Assembly: GCF_009834535.1 (NCBI RefSeq)
Contig: NC_045706.1
Location: 28,894,001 to 28,958,000 of the forward strand
DNA length: 64,000 nucleotides
Direction of reading: 5' to 3'
DNA from: Camelus ferus
Lineage: Eukaryota
The notes below the pieces were generated by a model, which saw only the letters and a list, made by a program, of their open reading frames with translations, was not told the origin of the DNA and did not search any database. Made by a program: the position numbers and the translations under genes. Each line of letters starts with the position of its first letter. Position 1 is the stretch's first letter. Below are positions 1 to 12,100 of the stretch, piece by piece.

Positions 1-44
1 GAAAGTTGTCAGTCTCTCACCTTTAAGTTTGATGTTAGCAGTAG

Positions 45-2950
45 TCCTGAAAATAAAAACCACTATACCTGGTATCAGAAGGAAAAGAACAGTCCTGACT
101 CACAGAGAACTGTAATTATTTGTTTTGACCACTCTGGTGAGTTCTTGGAAGACTGGCTTTTGCCTGACATGAAGCTGGCCTAGCGCTACAGTTGCTACCT
201 AGGGGCAGTGTTGAAAACATTAACAGATAGATGTTTTAATTGCTGCTGCCTGAGGTGATAGATAAGCTTTGAAGCAAGCAACAGACTAACCAAAAAGCTA
301 GCGAGAAAAGCCATAAGGGCTTTGTAAAGTTCCAACACACTCCTGGGAATCTGGAAGGCCACACACCCAGGGATGTATACAACTTAGGAAAGACTTGAGA
401 AGGCCCTAAGCTTTCATATCTGGCTGACCTGGAGCTCTGCTGAAGTCAGAATTGAAGGCTAAGGCAGGCTTATCACCAAAACACACACAAGGTCCCTTGG
501 CAAACACTGGGAGATTTTTTCATTTCCAGTGTTTAAATGTCCAATCATTGGCTGACCACAATACACCATGACTTTGGTGGCCACACATGAAAAAGAATAC
601 AGACTTTACAAAATTAGTTCAGAAAAGTTACTAGACAAACAACAACTACAACAAGCAGCAATGACAACAAAACCTGGAGGGTATGTGAGAGGAGGTGGAG
701 AATCTGATTTCAGAACTGCCACATTATAATATTTTAAGTGTTCTAATTCATATGACATAATAAGAAAAAAACAAACAACCCAATCCAAAAATGAGCAGAA
801 GACCTAAACAAGCAATTCTCCAAGGAGGAAATACAAAAGATCAATAGGCATATGAAAAAATGCTCAGTATCACTAATTATCAGAGAAATGCAAATCAAAA
901 CTACAATGAGGTATCACCTCACACCAGTCAGAATGGCCATCATTCAAAAGTCCACAAATGACAAATGCTGGAGAGGCTATGGAGAAAAGGGAACCCTCCT
1001 CCACTGCTGGTGGGAATGCAGTTTGGTGCAGCCACTGTGGAAAACAGTATGGAGATTCCTCAAAAGACTAGGAATAGATTTACCATATGACCCAGGAATC
1101 CCGCTCCTGGGCTTATATCCAGAAGGAACCCTACTTCAGAATGACACCTGCACCACAATGTTCATAGCAGCACTATTTACAATAGCCAAGACATGGAAAC
1201 AGCCTAAATGTCCATCAACAGCTGACTGGATAAAGAAGAAGTGGTATATTTATACAATGGAATACTATTCAGCCATAAAAAATGACAACATAATGCCATT
1301 TGCAGCAACATGGAGGTCCCTGGAGAATGTCATTCTAAGTGAAGTAAGCCATAAAGACAAAGAAAAAGACCATATTAGATCACTCATATGTGGAATTAAA
1401 AAAAAACATAAATACAAAACAGAAACAGACTCATAGACATAGAATACAAACTTGTGGTTGCCAAGGGGGCGGAGGGTGGGAAGGGACAGACAGGGATTTC
1501 AAAATTTGTAGAAACTGACAGGCATATATAGAATAAACAAGATTATACTGTATAGCACAGGGAAATATATGCAAGATCTTGTGGTATCTCACAGCAAAAA
1601 AAAAAAATATGACAACAAATATATGTATGTTCATGTATAACTGAAAATTGTGCTCTACACTGGAATTTGACACAACATTGTAAAATGACTATAACTCAAT
1701 AAAAACAATTAAATGTCCTATTTACAAAAAAAAAAATTACAAGGCATGCAAAGAAAGAGGAAAGCATTGCCCATACACAGAAAAAAGCAATCAATAGGAA
1801 TCTTAAGAAAGGTCAGGTATTGGATTTTTCCAAAGATTTTAACTTAGCTATTTTAAATATGTTCAAAAAGCTAAAGGAAACCATGTTTAAGGAATGAAAG
1901 AAAAGTAAGAGAATAATGCCTCAACCAGATAATATAAATAAATATAAATAAATAGATAGATGTTATGAAGAGAACTTTTAACTATAGAACTTTCATTACA
2001 GAGCTGAAAAGTAAAATGACCGAAATTAAAATTTCACTAGAAGGAGAGATTTGAACAGTTAGAAGAAAGAATGTATGAACTTAAAGATAAGTCAATTGAC
2101 ACTGTCCAGGTTGAGGAACAGAAAGACAAAATAATGAAGAGAAATAAACAGAGCCTCAGAGACCCATGGGACACTATCAAGCATAACAGCATATACAAAA
2201 TGTGAGTCTCAAAGGACAGAAGGGGTGGGGAAAGCGTCAGAAAGGATATTTGAAAAAATAATAAACACAAACTTCCCAAATTTGATGAAAAATATTAGTC
2301 TTCCAATTCAAAAAGCTTCAAGAAATTCAAGTAGGATAAACTTAAAGATGTGCACACCAGACATATCATAATCAAACTGCTGAAAAACATAGAATCTTGA
2401 AAGCAGCAAGAGAGAAGTGACTCATCACATACAAAGGGTCCTCAGTAAGATTTACAGCTGGTTTATCGTCAGAAACTATGTAAGCCAGATGGCAGTGAGA
2501 TGATATAGTCAAAGTTCTGCATAGAAAAAACTGCCAACCAAGAATTCTATATTCAGCAAAACTATCCTTCAAAAAGGAAGGAAAAATTCAGACATTTTTC
2601 AGATAAACATTGCTAGAACAGTCTTACAAAAAAAAGCCCTTCAGGTTTAAATAACACTACATAGTATCTCAATTCCACACACACAAAGAAATACAGAACT
2701 GACACCAGCATAGGTGAATACAAAAGAAAAAAAAATGTGCTTTTTATTTGTAACTACCACCTACTAACTTAAAAGACAAATGCATAAAGCAATAATTATA
2801 AATCTACAGTTATGGGTACAGTTTACAAAGATATAATCTGTGACAGTAACAGCATGGTGGTGGAGAAGTGAAGCTGTATAGAGCAAAGTTTTTTATTGAA
2901 ATTAAACTGATATTAATCCAAGCTAAATGAAACAGATCAGCTTTACAATC
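45..2950 (+). mobile_element. Old L1M-type 5' region/ORF1 remnant (host of the young L1)
   Basis: A-rich degenerate ORF1 motifs such as aactgccaaccaagaattctatattcagcaaaactatccttc. The sequence continues across the 746-1710 insertion. Confidence 0.75.
746..1710 (+). mobile_element. Young 5'-truncated LINE-1 (ORF2 C-terminus + 3' UTR)
   Basis: ORF 852..1436 matches the L1 ORF2 C-terminus ([30 protein letters not shown]), followed by a 3' UTR and AATAAA. Degenerate TSD aagtgttcta (736-745) / aaatgtccta (1711-1720). Interrupts an older L1. Confidence 0.92.
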
Positions 2951-2959
2951 TAATAAAGA

Positions 2960-4135
2960 TTCTATATATTTCTTTTTGTCTCTTATTTTTTCATTTATGA
3001 TTTTGGTGTCATATCTGAGGTGGCTTTGTCTAAACAATGGTCATAAATACTTACTTCTGTGCTTTTCTTCACCAAGTTTTACTGTTTTTGCTTACATTTA
3101 GATTTATAATCCATTTTGAGTTAATTTGTGGTATGTGGTATGAGGAAGGCAGTTTTCCCTCATTCTTTTTTCTCTCTGTGCTTCAGATTTCACGATCACT
3201 ACCTTCAGGTTTACTGATTCTTCTGCCAGTTCAAATCTACCATTGAGTCTCTCTAGTAAATATTTCACTTTGGTTATTGTACTTTTCAACTCAAAAACTT
3301 CCATTTGGTCCTTTTTTTGTAATTACTATCTTTTTGTTTATGTTTTCTATTTGATGAGATGTTGTCAGCATATTTTAATTCTTTGTATCTGGTTTCCTTC
3401 AGATCTTTGAACATATTTATAACAGCTGCTTAACCTTTACCCTACATCTGCTATCCCTCAAAGAAGTTTCTACTGCCTTCTTCCCTGGTGTGTCACACTT
3501 GACTGTTTTGAGTCTCTCATAATTTTATTGAAAACTGGACATTTTAGGTAATATATTGTAGGATCTCTGCATATTCCTCCCCAACTCTGAACTTGTTTTT
3601 AGTTGACTTGGCTGAACTAATCCACCAAGTCTATTTTCCCCTCACAGTAAGCAGCCTCTGATGTCACTGCTTCCCCTCATTTTTATCTTTAAACCTGACT
3701 TCCTAGGTGTTGCTTTTAAGTCAGCACCATTTAGCGATCAGCCACTGATTGATCAGAGGTTGGGCTTAAGCCCCCTCAATCAGTGAGATTTACATCCTTT
3801 GCCGTCAGAGCTGTGTGAGGCTTGGAGACTGCTTTCACCGTTTAGGGAGTTTTCACGTTTTGCCCTACATTCAGTCAGGGTTGCTTCTGTGTGGTTGCAG
3901 CCTTGAGCATGCACAGAATCTTTCTGATCACAAGAGATGTCTGGTTTCTCTCTCTCTCTCGTCTTTAAGCTTCTGGCTTGTATCTATGGTATCACCAGCA
4001 ACTGTTAGCCTTCACTAATTGCTATGTGATATTGCTGTATTATTTTCAGCAATACTATGGAGTATAAATTGCTCCAGTATGTTCTAAAGTCAGGTCCTTT
4101 GTAACAGGTAATATTGTTAGGTCTTTGAAGCTCAC
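2960..4135 (-). mobile_element. Old L1 fragments in inverted orientation (ORF1/5' region joined to an ORF2 piece)
   Basis: ORF 3104..3304 reads like the L1 ORF1 coiled coil (ELKSTIT..LERLNGRFELAEE). Confidence 0.7.
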
Positions 4136-5898
4136 TCCAACCTACCTCCATGCCTCTGTGCTATGGAGCAGGTTGTGGGGTGGGGAGGGCTGGGAAACTG
4201 GTTCTTCAATGTCCTCTTGAATCCTCCCTGTAGAACAGCTGTGTTGGGGGTTGGGGGAAGGTATGGGAGGAGAATCTGCTGCCACCTCCCAGTATGATTC
4301 TTCTATAGCCCTGAACCAGGGAGAATGGGACATGTCAGTGTTCACCAGCTGCTGAACATATATATGACTCTTCTGCACTAGACAGCTGGGAGAGATGTGG
4401 ACTGCCACTTGGCTGCCAATCTAACCAAACCAGATAGGTTTCTTGCAACAGAGCTTTGTGGGAATGGAGGACTGCACTATTCTGTAACTGCTCTGCCCTG
4501 ATTCTCCTTATATTGTAGAAACAGGGAGTGGGGCAATGGGTACCACTAACCAGCTGTTACCACCTATTCGATACAAGTCTTCTGTGGGACACAGGCATGG
4601 AAATTGGGATCTACCAAAGAGGACTATAGTTAATTTTATACCTAGAAACACTGTTATTTCTCCCAGTTAGGTTTTGTGGGTTTTCTTTTGGCAGCTGCAC
4701 ACAACTACTATTATGTTGTGGCTCTTATTAGGAATTGGTCTTCTTTTATTGCTTCCCAAATGATTACTGTCAAGTGTTCAGGAAAGGTAACTATTTCTCA
4801 GTGTACTCCTTTGGATTTTCAAGATACTGAAATAAAGTGACTTGCAAATAGTATTTTGGTCTCCCTTCAACTTTTCATTTGCTTTCCTATCATTTTTACA
4901 TTAGCAATAACTTATGAAATAACTGATGATAGCAAGCACCTGTTTCACTCCTTAATTGACAGAAGCAATCTGAGTTGCAAACTGAACATAATCTTCACTT
5001 TTGGTTGAATGACTCTAAAGTATTAAGGAAGAATTCTTCTTTTAACATATTAAAAATGTCTTTACTGGAATGACTGTTTTTTAGTAAGTACATCCTTGGC
5101 ATCAACTAAAATTATGATTTTCAAAACTGATGTACAGTATCTTAACATTCTTCCTACATTACTCAAGTTTACACGGCCATAATTTATGATATTCACTTTT
5201 TAAAGAAAAAGGATTCTTAAAGCTTGGGGCATTTATTAACACGCCATTTTAGACAGAGAAACAGTCAAAAAATAATTCAAAGAAGACTATCAAACCATCT
5301 CTTCCAAGATACTGACTACTTCTTAACAATTATTAAGGGAAGCATACTTAGAGCAATGAACATAAAAATCAACCAAGCTGACCCTATTTCAACTGTCCAT
5401 TATAGGGAAATTCTTCTGCAAATACCACAGTCTTAACACCTCCCAGAAACTTCCAGATGAGATCCGCAAGGCACTTTGCTGAAAACAAGGATCACAGTAA
5501 ATTGCTGAGGCAAGGAACAGAGCCACTACCCCAGCACAAATGAGACATACCTTAAGTAAGCAGATGTCAATGGTGAAAAGGAATCACTTATTAAAAAGAA
5601 AAAACCACAAGTGAGCTGCTTCAAATTAATACAATATTGTTTTCAGCTCGCCTCCATTTCCCCTCATCCAAAAGAATTCCTACTACTTTTTCTCACCAGT
5701 GATTTCAAATCACTAAAAGAACTAGTATCTATCTAACCTAGATGTAAATTCTCACAGCAATTCTGTTTAATCTCATTTTTAACCCCTCCATAAGTTGTAT
5801 TACCCATAGCACACAAAAGACCTATCTACTTTAGCATTATTTTCATTACCTTTACATTTGTTTCACTTTTAAACAAATACATCTTCATTGGTAAATTT

Positions 5899-5971
5899 TA
5901 TATAATATAATATAATATATATATATATATATACATACACACACACACACACATACACAGACACACACACA
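5899..5971. repeat. Compound (TATAA)/(TA)n/(CA)n microsatellite
   Basis: Directly visible. Confidence 0.95.
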
Positions 5972-6053
5972 AGTACTTTAGTTTTTTACACAACTTGTAT
6001 ACAGCTAGTGTACAACACACACACACACACAAAAACTGTATCAAACTTCTGTC

Positions 6054-6059
6054 TTTAAT
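6054..6059 (-). terminator. Distal poly(A) signal ATTAAA
   Basis: Followed about 20 nt later on the minus strand by TTTTT(GT)n (6035-6012), a typical CstF GU-rich element. Confidence 0.5.
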
Positions 6060-6096
6060 AAAATTTCCACTCTAAGAACATTCCTTTGAGAGAAAG

Positions 6097-6275
6097 CAAG
6101 GGTTGGTAAACCATATGGTGGGACCCAATTAGGCCCACTGTCCTTTTTTTCACACTCATTGTTGTTTATGGCTGCTTCCGCACGATGACAGTTAACTAGT
6201 CGTGACAGAGACTAAATAGCCTACAAAGCCTAAGTTACATACCTGACCCTTTACTGAAATACCTCACTGACCCCT
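6097..6275 (+). mobile_element. MER58A-like hAT-Charlie element, internally deleted
   Basis: Termini agggttggtaaac...ctgacccct with internal tatggctgctt and cacaaagcctaa-like motifs. Confidence 0.65.
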
Positions 6276-7642
6276 TAACAAAAGTATTTTTCATAAAAAA
6301 AACTATTACATTTCAATCTGTGCTGAATGTTTAGATAGGGTAAGAAGGTAAACTCTTTGAAAATTAAATTATTATTTTAAATGAGTGACAAATAATGAGG
6401 CCCATTTCAATGAAGGTGGACAAATAGAAAAAAATGAAACAAATTCCTGACCTAGAAGCTGTATTGCAAAAATAAAACTAACTCTTCCAGTTGTAATAAG
6501 AACCACAAACTAATGAATATATTTTGGAAAGCCACCTTTAGCTCAGTTTCAGCCAGGAGGAAAGAAAAGATAAGAGGGTTTTATTTTTGGATTTTCTGCT
6601 TTGGCAATAAAGAGGCTCCAAGCAGGTTTGCCTCCTTCAGAATAACCTAAGTTAAAAAAAAAAACAAAAAAAAAACCTCATAAAAGGTACCAACCACACA
6701 GAGTATCTGGGGCATGAAGCTTTTTAAATAGCTTTTAAGACCTTAAGGCAAAAAGTATGTATCTCAACATCAGATTTTTTTTTAACAGTATGGCTATTCT
6801 AAAATGTATTTTTGTAGTGCTGCAAACATTGGCCAAGATAGCTCCTTCTCTCTCTTCTCTATTCACAGAAGGTGATGCATCATACTAGAGCTAACCATAA
6901 CAACAGAACATTTCAGCTTTATTGCAGTTATGAAGAACATAAGCCTCTCTATGGCTTTCCTTACCAGAACAGTAAAATCACAGTAAATGTCACCCTTCTC
7001 AAACAAAACTTCAAAATTTCACCTATAATTTGGGGGGGGGGGGGAATCCCATTTTACTTTGCATTGTTCTCTAGCATTAAAAAAAAAACTTTGAAATTTA
7101 AATACTTCCCATTAAAATAAAAGTTCCATTTGATTTTAGCACAGTAAAAAAATTATTGTGTAAACACAAACAAGATAAATTTAATAGAGGAAAATGTTCA
7201 TTACAGAAATTAACAATGTTTACCATTCTTTAAACAACCATATACATTATTAATATATACTGTGTATTTCCAATCAACTCCATTCTTAGGCTCAATTTAA
7301 GAAACATAATTGTAACAGATTTTATACAAAAAAATACTTCACTTCTAGGAAAGTAGACAAACTGCACAAAAACAGTACATGTATAATGTGCATAGCAAGA
7401 TAGCTTGAAGCATCTATGTATGGCTTTCTTTAAAATAAAACTATTGGGGAAATGGGCCCATTTGGGACCTACTGTTACAGTTGACATATGTAAACTGTTT
7501 CACATCATTTAGGCACTTGCTAACAATAGTGTTCAATCCCTGAAAACTGAATTTACCCCAAAAAAATTGTACATCTGAAATAAAAAACAAAAAAATAACA
7601 TGGGTAAAGTCTTATATATTCCTTTTAAATTAAACAACAAGT

Positions 7643-7648
7643 TTTATT
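7643..7648 (-). terminator. Proximal poly(A) signal AATAAA
   Basis: TTTATT on the + strand, with several UGUA elements upstream and a U-rich tract downstream on the mRNA strand. Confidence 0.55.
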
Positions 7649-9151
7649 AGTGCATGCACAAAACTAAATTGAAAGAAAATAAATTTTTATGTCAAAAATT
7701 TTCTGTGCAAAATTTACATAACAAACTGAACGGTACAAAAATATGTACAAGTTTAAATTCTTTGTTATATACAGAAAAGAAGCCCTGAAGTTTTCAATCA
7801 ATGAAAATGTTGTAACACCTGTAGTAACAATGTAACAAAAATTATATAGTATGTAATTTTTTAATACAAGAATTCCATTATCCAATGATCCAACAAAATT
7901 TGATCCAAACTTACAAAGTGAAAAGTTTAAATTGATGATGCTGTTGTCATGAAAATAACCATTTTAAAACCCTACCTGTTGGGCACGTCCCTTTGGAATC
8001 TGTCCTGAAGTTTTATGCACTGCCACTGAGTCCACTATTAATGCTCCTTCATTTTCAACTGCAAACAATCAGTAAATAACCTGCTTTGGGTTGTCAGTCA
8101 TTTTGAAAAGTTGCTAACAAAAATGGTTTGTCCCAATGTGGACATGTTTAGACATTAATAATAAACACAAAAGTATGACTTGCTTTGCTAATCTTGCTTC
8201 AAAATAGTTTCTGAGGAATAATTTTTAACTTTCAAGAAAAGCCATTCCCTTGGAAGTGCTTCTATGTTTCACTCTTTAAAGGGATAGCAACCAAGGGAAA
8301 AATATGGCCATTTTGTTTATGGGGGACAATTTAAATCAAATAAACATAGTTCTGTGCAAGGGAATTACTGGAGAATATAATAAAATTCAGAAAAATGTTC
8401 AAGTTATTTAACTGGACTTCAAACTAGACCAGGAGGGTTTAATTCTTCTCTCAAGGCAGCCCATCTACTTCAATGCTTGACACAGCCATTTAGAAAAGAA
8501 AATCACCTTGGAAGGGTGTTCCAATCACTGACATGGGACACAGCTTACAAGGAAAAAAGACCTACTTGTCAAAAACTCTTACCAAGCATCATATGAGGTG
8601 TAACTGTAGTTGAGTTAAACGTACTCTCAAAGGAGCCTGATTACCTTCAAAAGAACTATTATTTTGCAGATGTACATGACTTCTTTATCCACGCTCTCTT
8701 AGTGTATCCTCACACATGATGAGAAACTCCTTCAGCCCCATGGTGAAAGGGCTCTCACCATCTTTAGAGGAGCTATACTTATCAGAGTCATAAGGCTGGT
8801 GGAAGAAGAGAGGGAATGTGGCTGTCAGCCGTTACCCTCTACTAAGAGTCACTAAAGAACTAAACTGGGAAAACTGTTCTATCAAAATTCTCTTTGGCCC
8901 TAACTTCCCAAGAACACATTTAAAATATTAAATCAAGGTACATCTGTGCTGATTAGATACTTTCAAAACTTACATGTGCACTGATAGCATTTTCAAATAC
9001 CACACTAAAACTCTCTCTTCTGTGGAAATAGAGCCAACTTTTAAACGTTTCAGGTACTGTATTAAAGTAAAAAATGTCTGCATTAGTTTTCAACCCACTG
9101 TTTTATTCTAAGGTAATTTTACTTTCCTTTTCACTGGTTAAGTACAGTACA

Positions 9152-12100
9152 TTATTCTAACATATTCCAATCACGAGTAGCTTCCATTAAATGTCTCTGC
9201 CCATGACCTGCCCAAGCATCCTGATTGTCAAATACTCTGCCACAAAACCAACAGTTAAACTTAGCCTTTAGAACATTTTCAGAGGTAGTTTTCACAATCT
9301 GGTAATTGTTTTTGCTCATCTTTTTCAGTGTTAATTTTAGCACAAATCTTTCTTTCACAGAGCTAACCGGCTTAAATGTTTTGTGCCTCTTGGAAAAATC
9401 ATCGTAACTTGTTTTAGAAGGGTTACAACAAACTGGTTTCAATAAAGCATCAATAGTTCTTTTTGACAATGAAACCTTGAGTACGCGTCCATTAAATTTA
9501 GCAATAGTTTTCATTACATTTACTACTTCTGGCGCATCTGCATCAGGATGATTCAGAACTACAACTGGTTGGTTTCTCCTAGGACATTTCACAAGCTGGT
9601 TGGAACTAAAGGGGAAAAGCCGCAAAGTTCTGACTGAATCTTTTGAAAGCCTAGGTCTGCTAAACCCAAATGATTCATGGACATCTTCAGGCTTTGCTTT
9701 TTCTTTACACTTTCTATGTAATGCTTTTTTTCTTGGAGGTTCTTGGTAACTATCCCTACACTTTCGTTTACAGCTTCTGTTTCTAGACACGAAGGCAATT
9801 TCAGAATCTTTACTTCTTACTTGAGTTTTTACTCTTGATAACTTTTTTTTCGAAGTCTTTTTCCTACTGAAGCCTCTCTCAATTGTACAATTTGTTTTAC
9901 ACCTTAATACCCTGGCTTCTGAATGGTCAGTGATACGTATTGGTTCCTCAGAAGATTCTGGGCATGTTGCAGTGGAAGTTATCACGATTTCATTTGCTGG
10001 CATCATATCATCTAGTAAGAAGGGTAAGGCATCTCTAGAAGACTCTGGCTCTTTCTGCTCTCCTCCTGCGGTCTTATTAGATGGTACATTGTCTTTCTGC
10101 AATGAGGATGCAGAGTTGCTTACTGACAGGTTATTAGCAGCAGTCACATTTAAAACAGGGTTAAAAATTTTCAGCAAAATTTTTTGTGGTGTTCCTTCAG
10201 GTTTCTTTGGCTGTATATTTTTATAATAAGCACTATTTTGGACTAATTTAGGCTTAAGCAGATCAGTCTTATTTGGCATCACACACTTTAAAAAAACAGC
10301 TTGTTTGCCATCAGGCAAAAGGGTGTAAAGAGGTGGTTTCGGAAAAATCTTGTTCTGCTGTTTTACTGAATCTGAGATATTCAACTTAGTGCCCTGATGC
10401 TCAGATATTACATTAGGAGTAGGAGCAGCTTTCACTGAAGAACCTGCTGGCGTTTTAATAATGTAAGGGCCTTTTAATGACAAAGTATTTTCTGAGCTAC
10501 TTTTTACACTCAAACAGCTGCCAATGCTCGAACAAAGTGCAGGTGTCAGACAATTACCGTTTGGTTCTACTTTTAAAAAAGGTGTTCTGCCAGGATCCTT
10601 AGTTGTGGTTCCAGAAGCCTGAGCACTCTCAGTTTTGACAGCTGAAACACCTTCAAGTTTCCCATTACTAAATGTTAAAATCATCCCAGGTTTCTTGTTT
10701 AGAAGAAGAGAGGCAGGGACACCTTGTGTGTTAACCAATGGAAGTGGTCTTCCTGAAACATGTAATCCAGGCTTGTTAGCAATGTGCAATGGTACAAAAA
10801 AGCCTTTTGGAGTCTGAACAAATATAGCCTTTTTGGGTTCTGAATTTAGAGGTGGACTCTGCACATATAAAGACCCCAAATTTTGTGTAGTGGCTCGTAG
10901 TTTGTCTTTTACAAGCTGCTGTGTTATTATTGCATCTGACTGAGTCTTAAGTAATGTACCAAAGCCAGAAATTCTAGGAGTCTTCTCTGAATCTCTCACA
11001 TCTTGTGACATTGACAACATTTGTTTTTCTTTTCCACTGTGTTTTAAATTCAGATCATTTGTAGGCACATTAATCCCCATACTACCAGATGGAATCGGAA
11101 AGAGGCCTTGTACTTTCAAGTCTTTTGAAGATTCAACTATTTTGTCTTCTCCCTCATGCTTCTGAAATGGCTGGTCACAATGAAGTGGAAAGCCTTTATC
11201 TGGAGTGTTACCAGAGTCTTGTTTTACATCAGGTTTTGCTTTTAATACTTCTTGAAGTAACTGGTTTACTTCAGGTGGCAGAAATTCTGATGCCTGTTGG
11301 CTCTGGAGAGAGAAAACAGATGTGATTCTAGGCATCATAGGTGACTCAATACTAGAAAAGTCACCCCACTTGGGTTTTTCAGTCATGCTCTCTAAATTTT
11401 GATTTTCATTAGTGAATAGGTTCTGTCCATCAATGTTTTGTCCTTTTTCTAAAACACACTGTTCTTCAATTTCTGCTTGTGTTTTTAAAGTTCCATCTTT
11501 ATTATTTAAAAGACTAATAGATGCCAACAGGCTATCTGGGTTTGAGCTCTCCTTCCTCACTAGCGATAAAACCGATTCACTTATTGGTTGTTGAGTAATG
11601 GTCTTGCTTGATGAAGATTCTCTTGGAGGATTTTCACACATTGCTGTTCCTGAAAACCTACGACGTTTATTAGAATTATTCACTTTTGAGTAATTATGAA
11701 AAGGTAATGATCCTTGGTTGGAAGAGTCAACAGGTAACTCAGAGTTGACATAATTAATACAATAATTATGCATATCTCCACTGTTGTATGCATTTGGTTT
11801 GGTAGCACAGGTGCCTTTGTCTGGACTTTCAATGGCAGTACCTGTTATTTCAGAGTGACACTGAGTAATGTGACTTCCCCATAAGTCAACATTATCTCTT
11901 GTTTCCACTTTTGTGGTCAAACTCACTGATGGTGTAATCAATTCTGATGTTGTTGGCAAAGAAGATACACTTTTTTCATCATCCACTGTTTGAAGCAAAT
12001 TATCTGTTTGAGATAGCAAAGGCATTTCTTTTTCTGAAGTTCCTTTCCCTGAAATTATAGGAGATGAACATAAAAATGGAGTAGCTGCTTTCATGTAAAT

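Larger units (their letters stand above)
6035..9151 (-). other. ZNF518A: ZNF518A 3' UTR (longest predicted form, ~3.1 kb)
   Basis: AT-rich, largely repeat-free sequence following the stop codon and ending at a poly(A) signal with a GU-rich downstream element. Confidence 0.6.

Noticed and set aside
852..1436. 194-aa ORF as a host gene
   Set aside because: It is a 5'-truncated L1 ORF2 fragment with no promoter.
1..6000. BLNK or other neighbouring-gene exons expected from synteny
   Set aside because: No recognisable coding exons; neighbouring genes probably lie outside the window.
9143..9150. miR-101 8mer site in the 3' UTR
   Set aside because: It lies within about 10 nt of the stop codon, where terminating ribosomes usually prevent repression.
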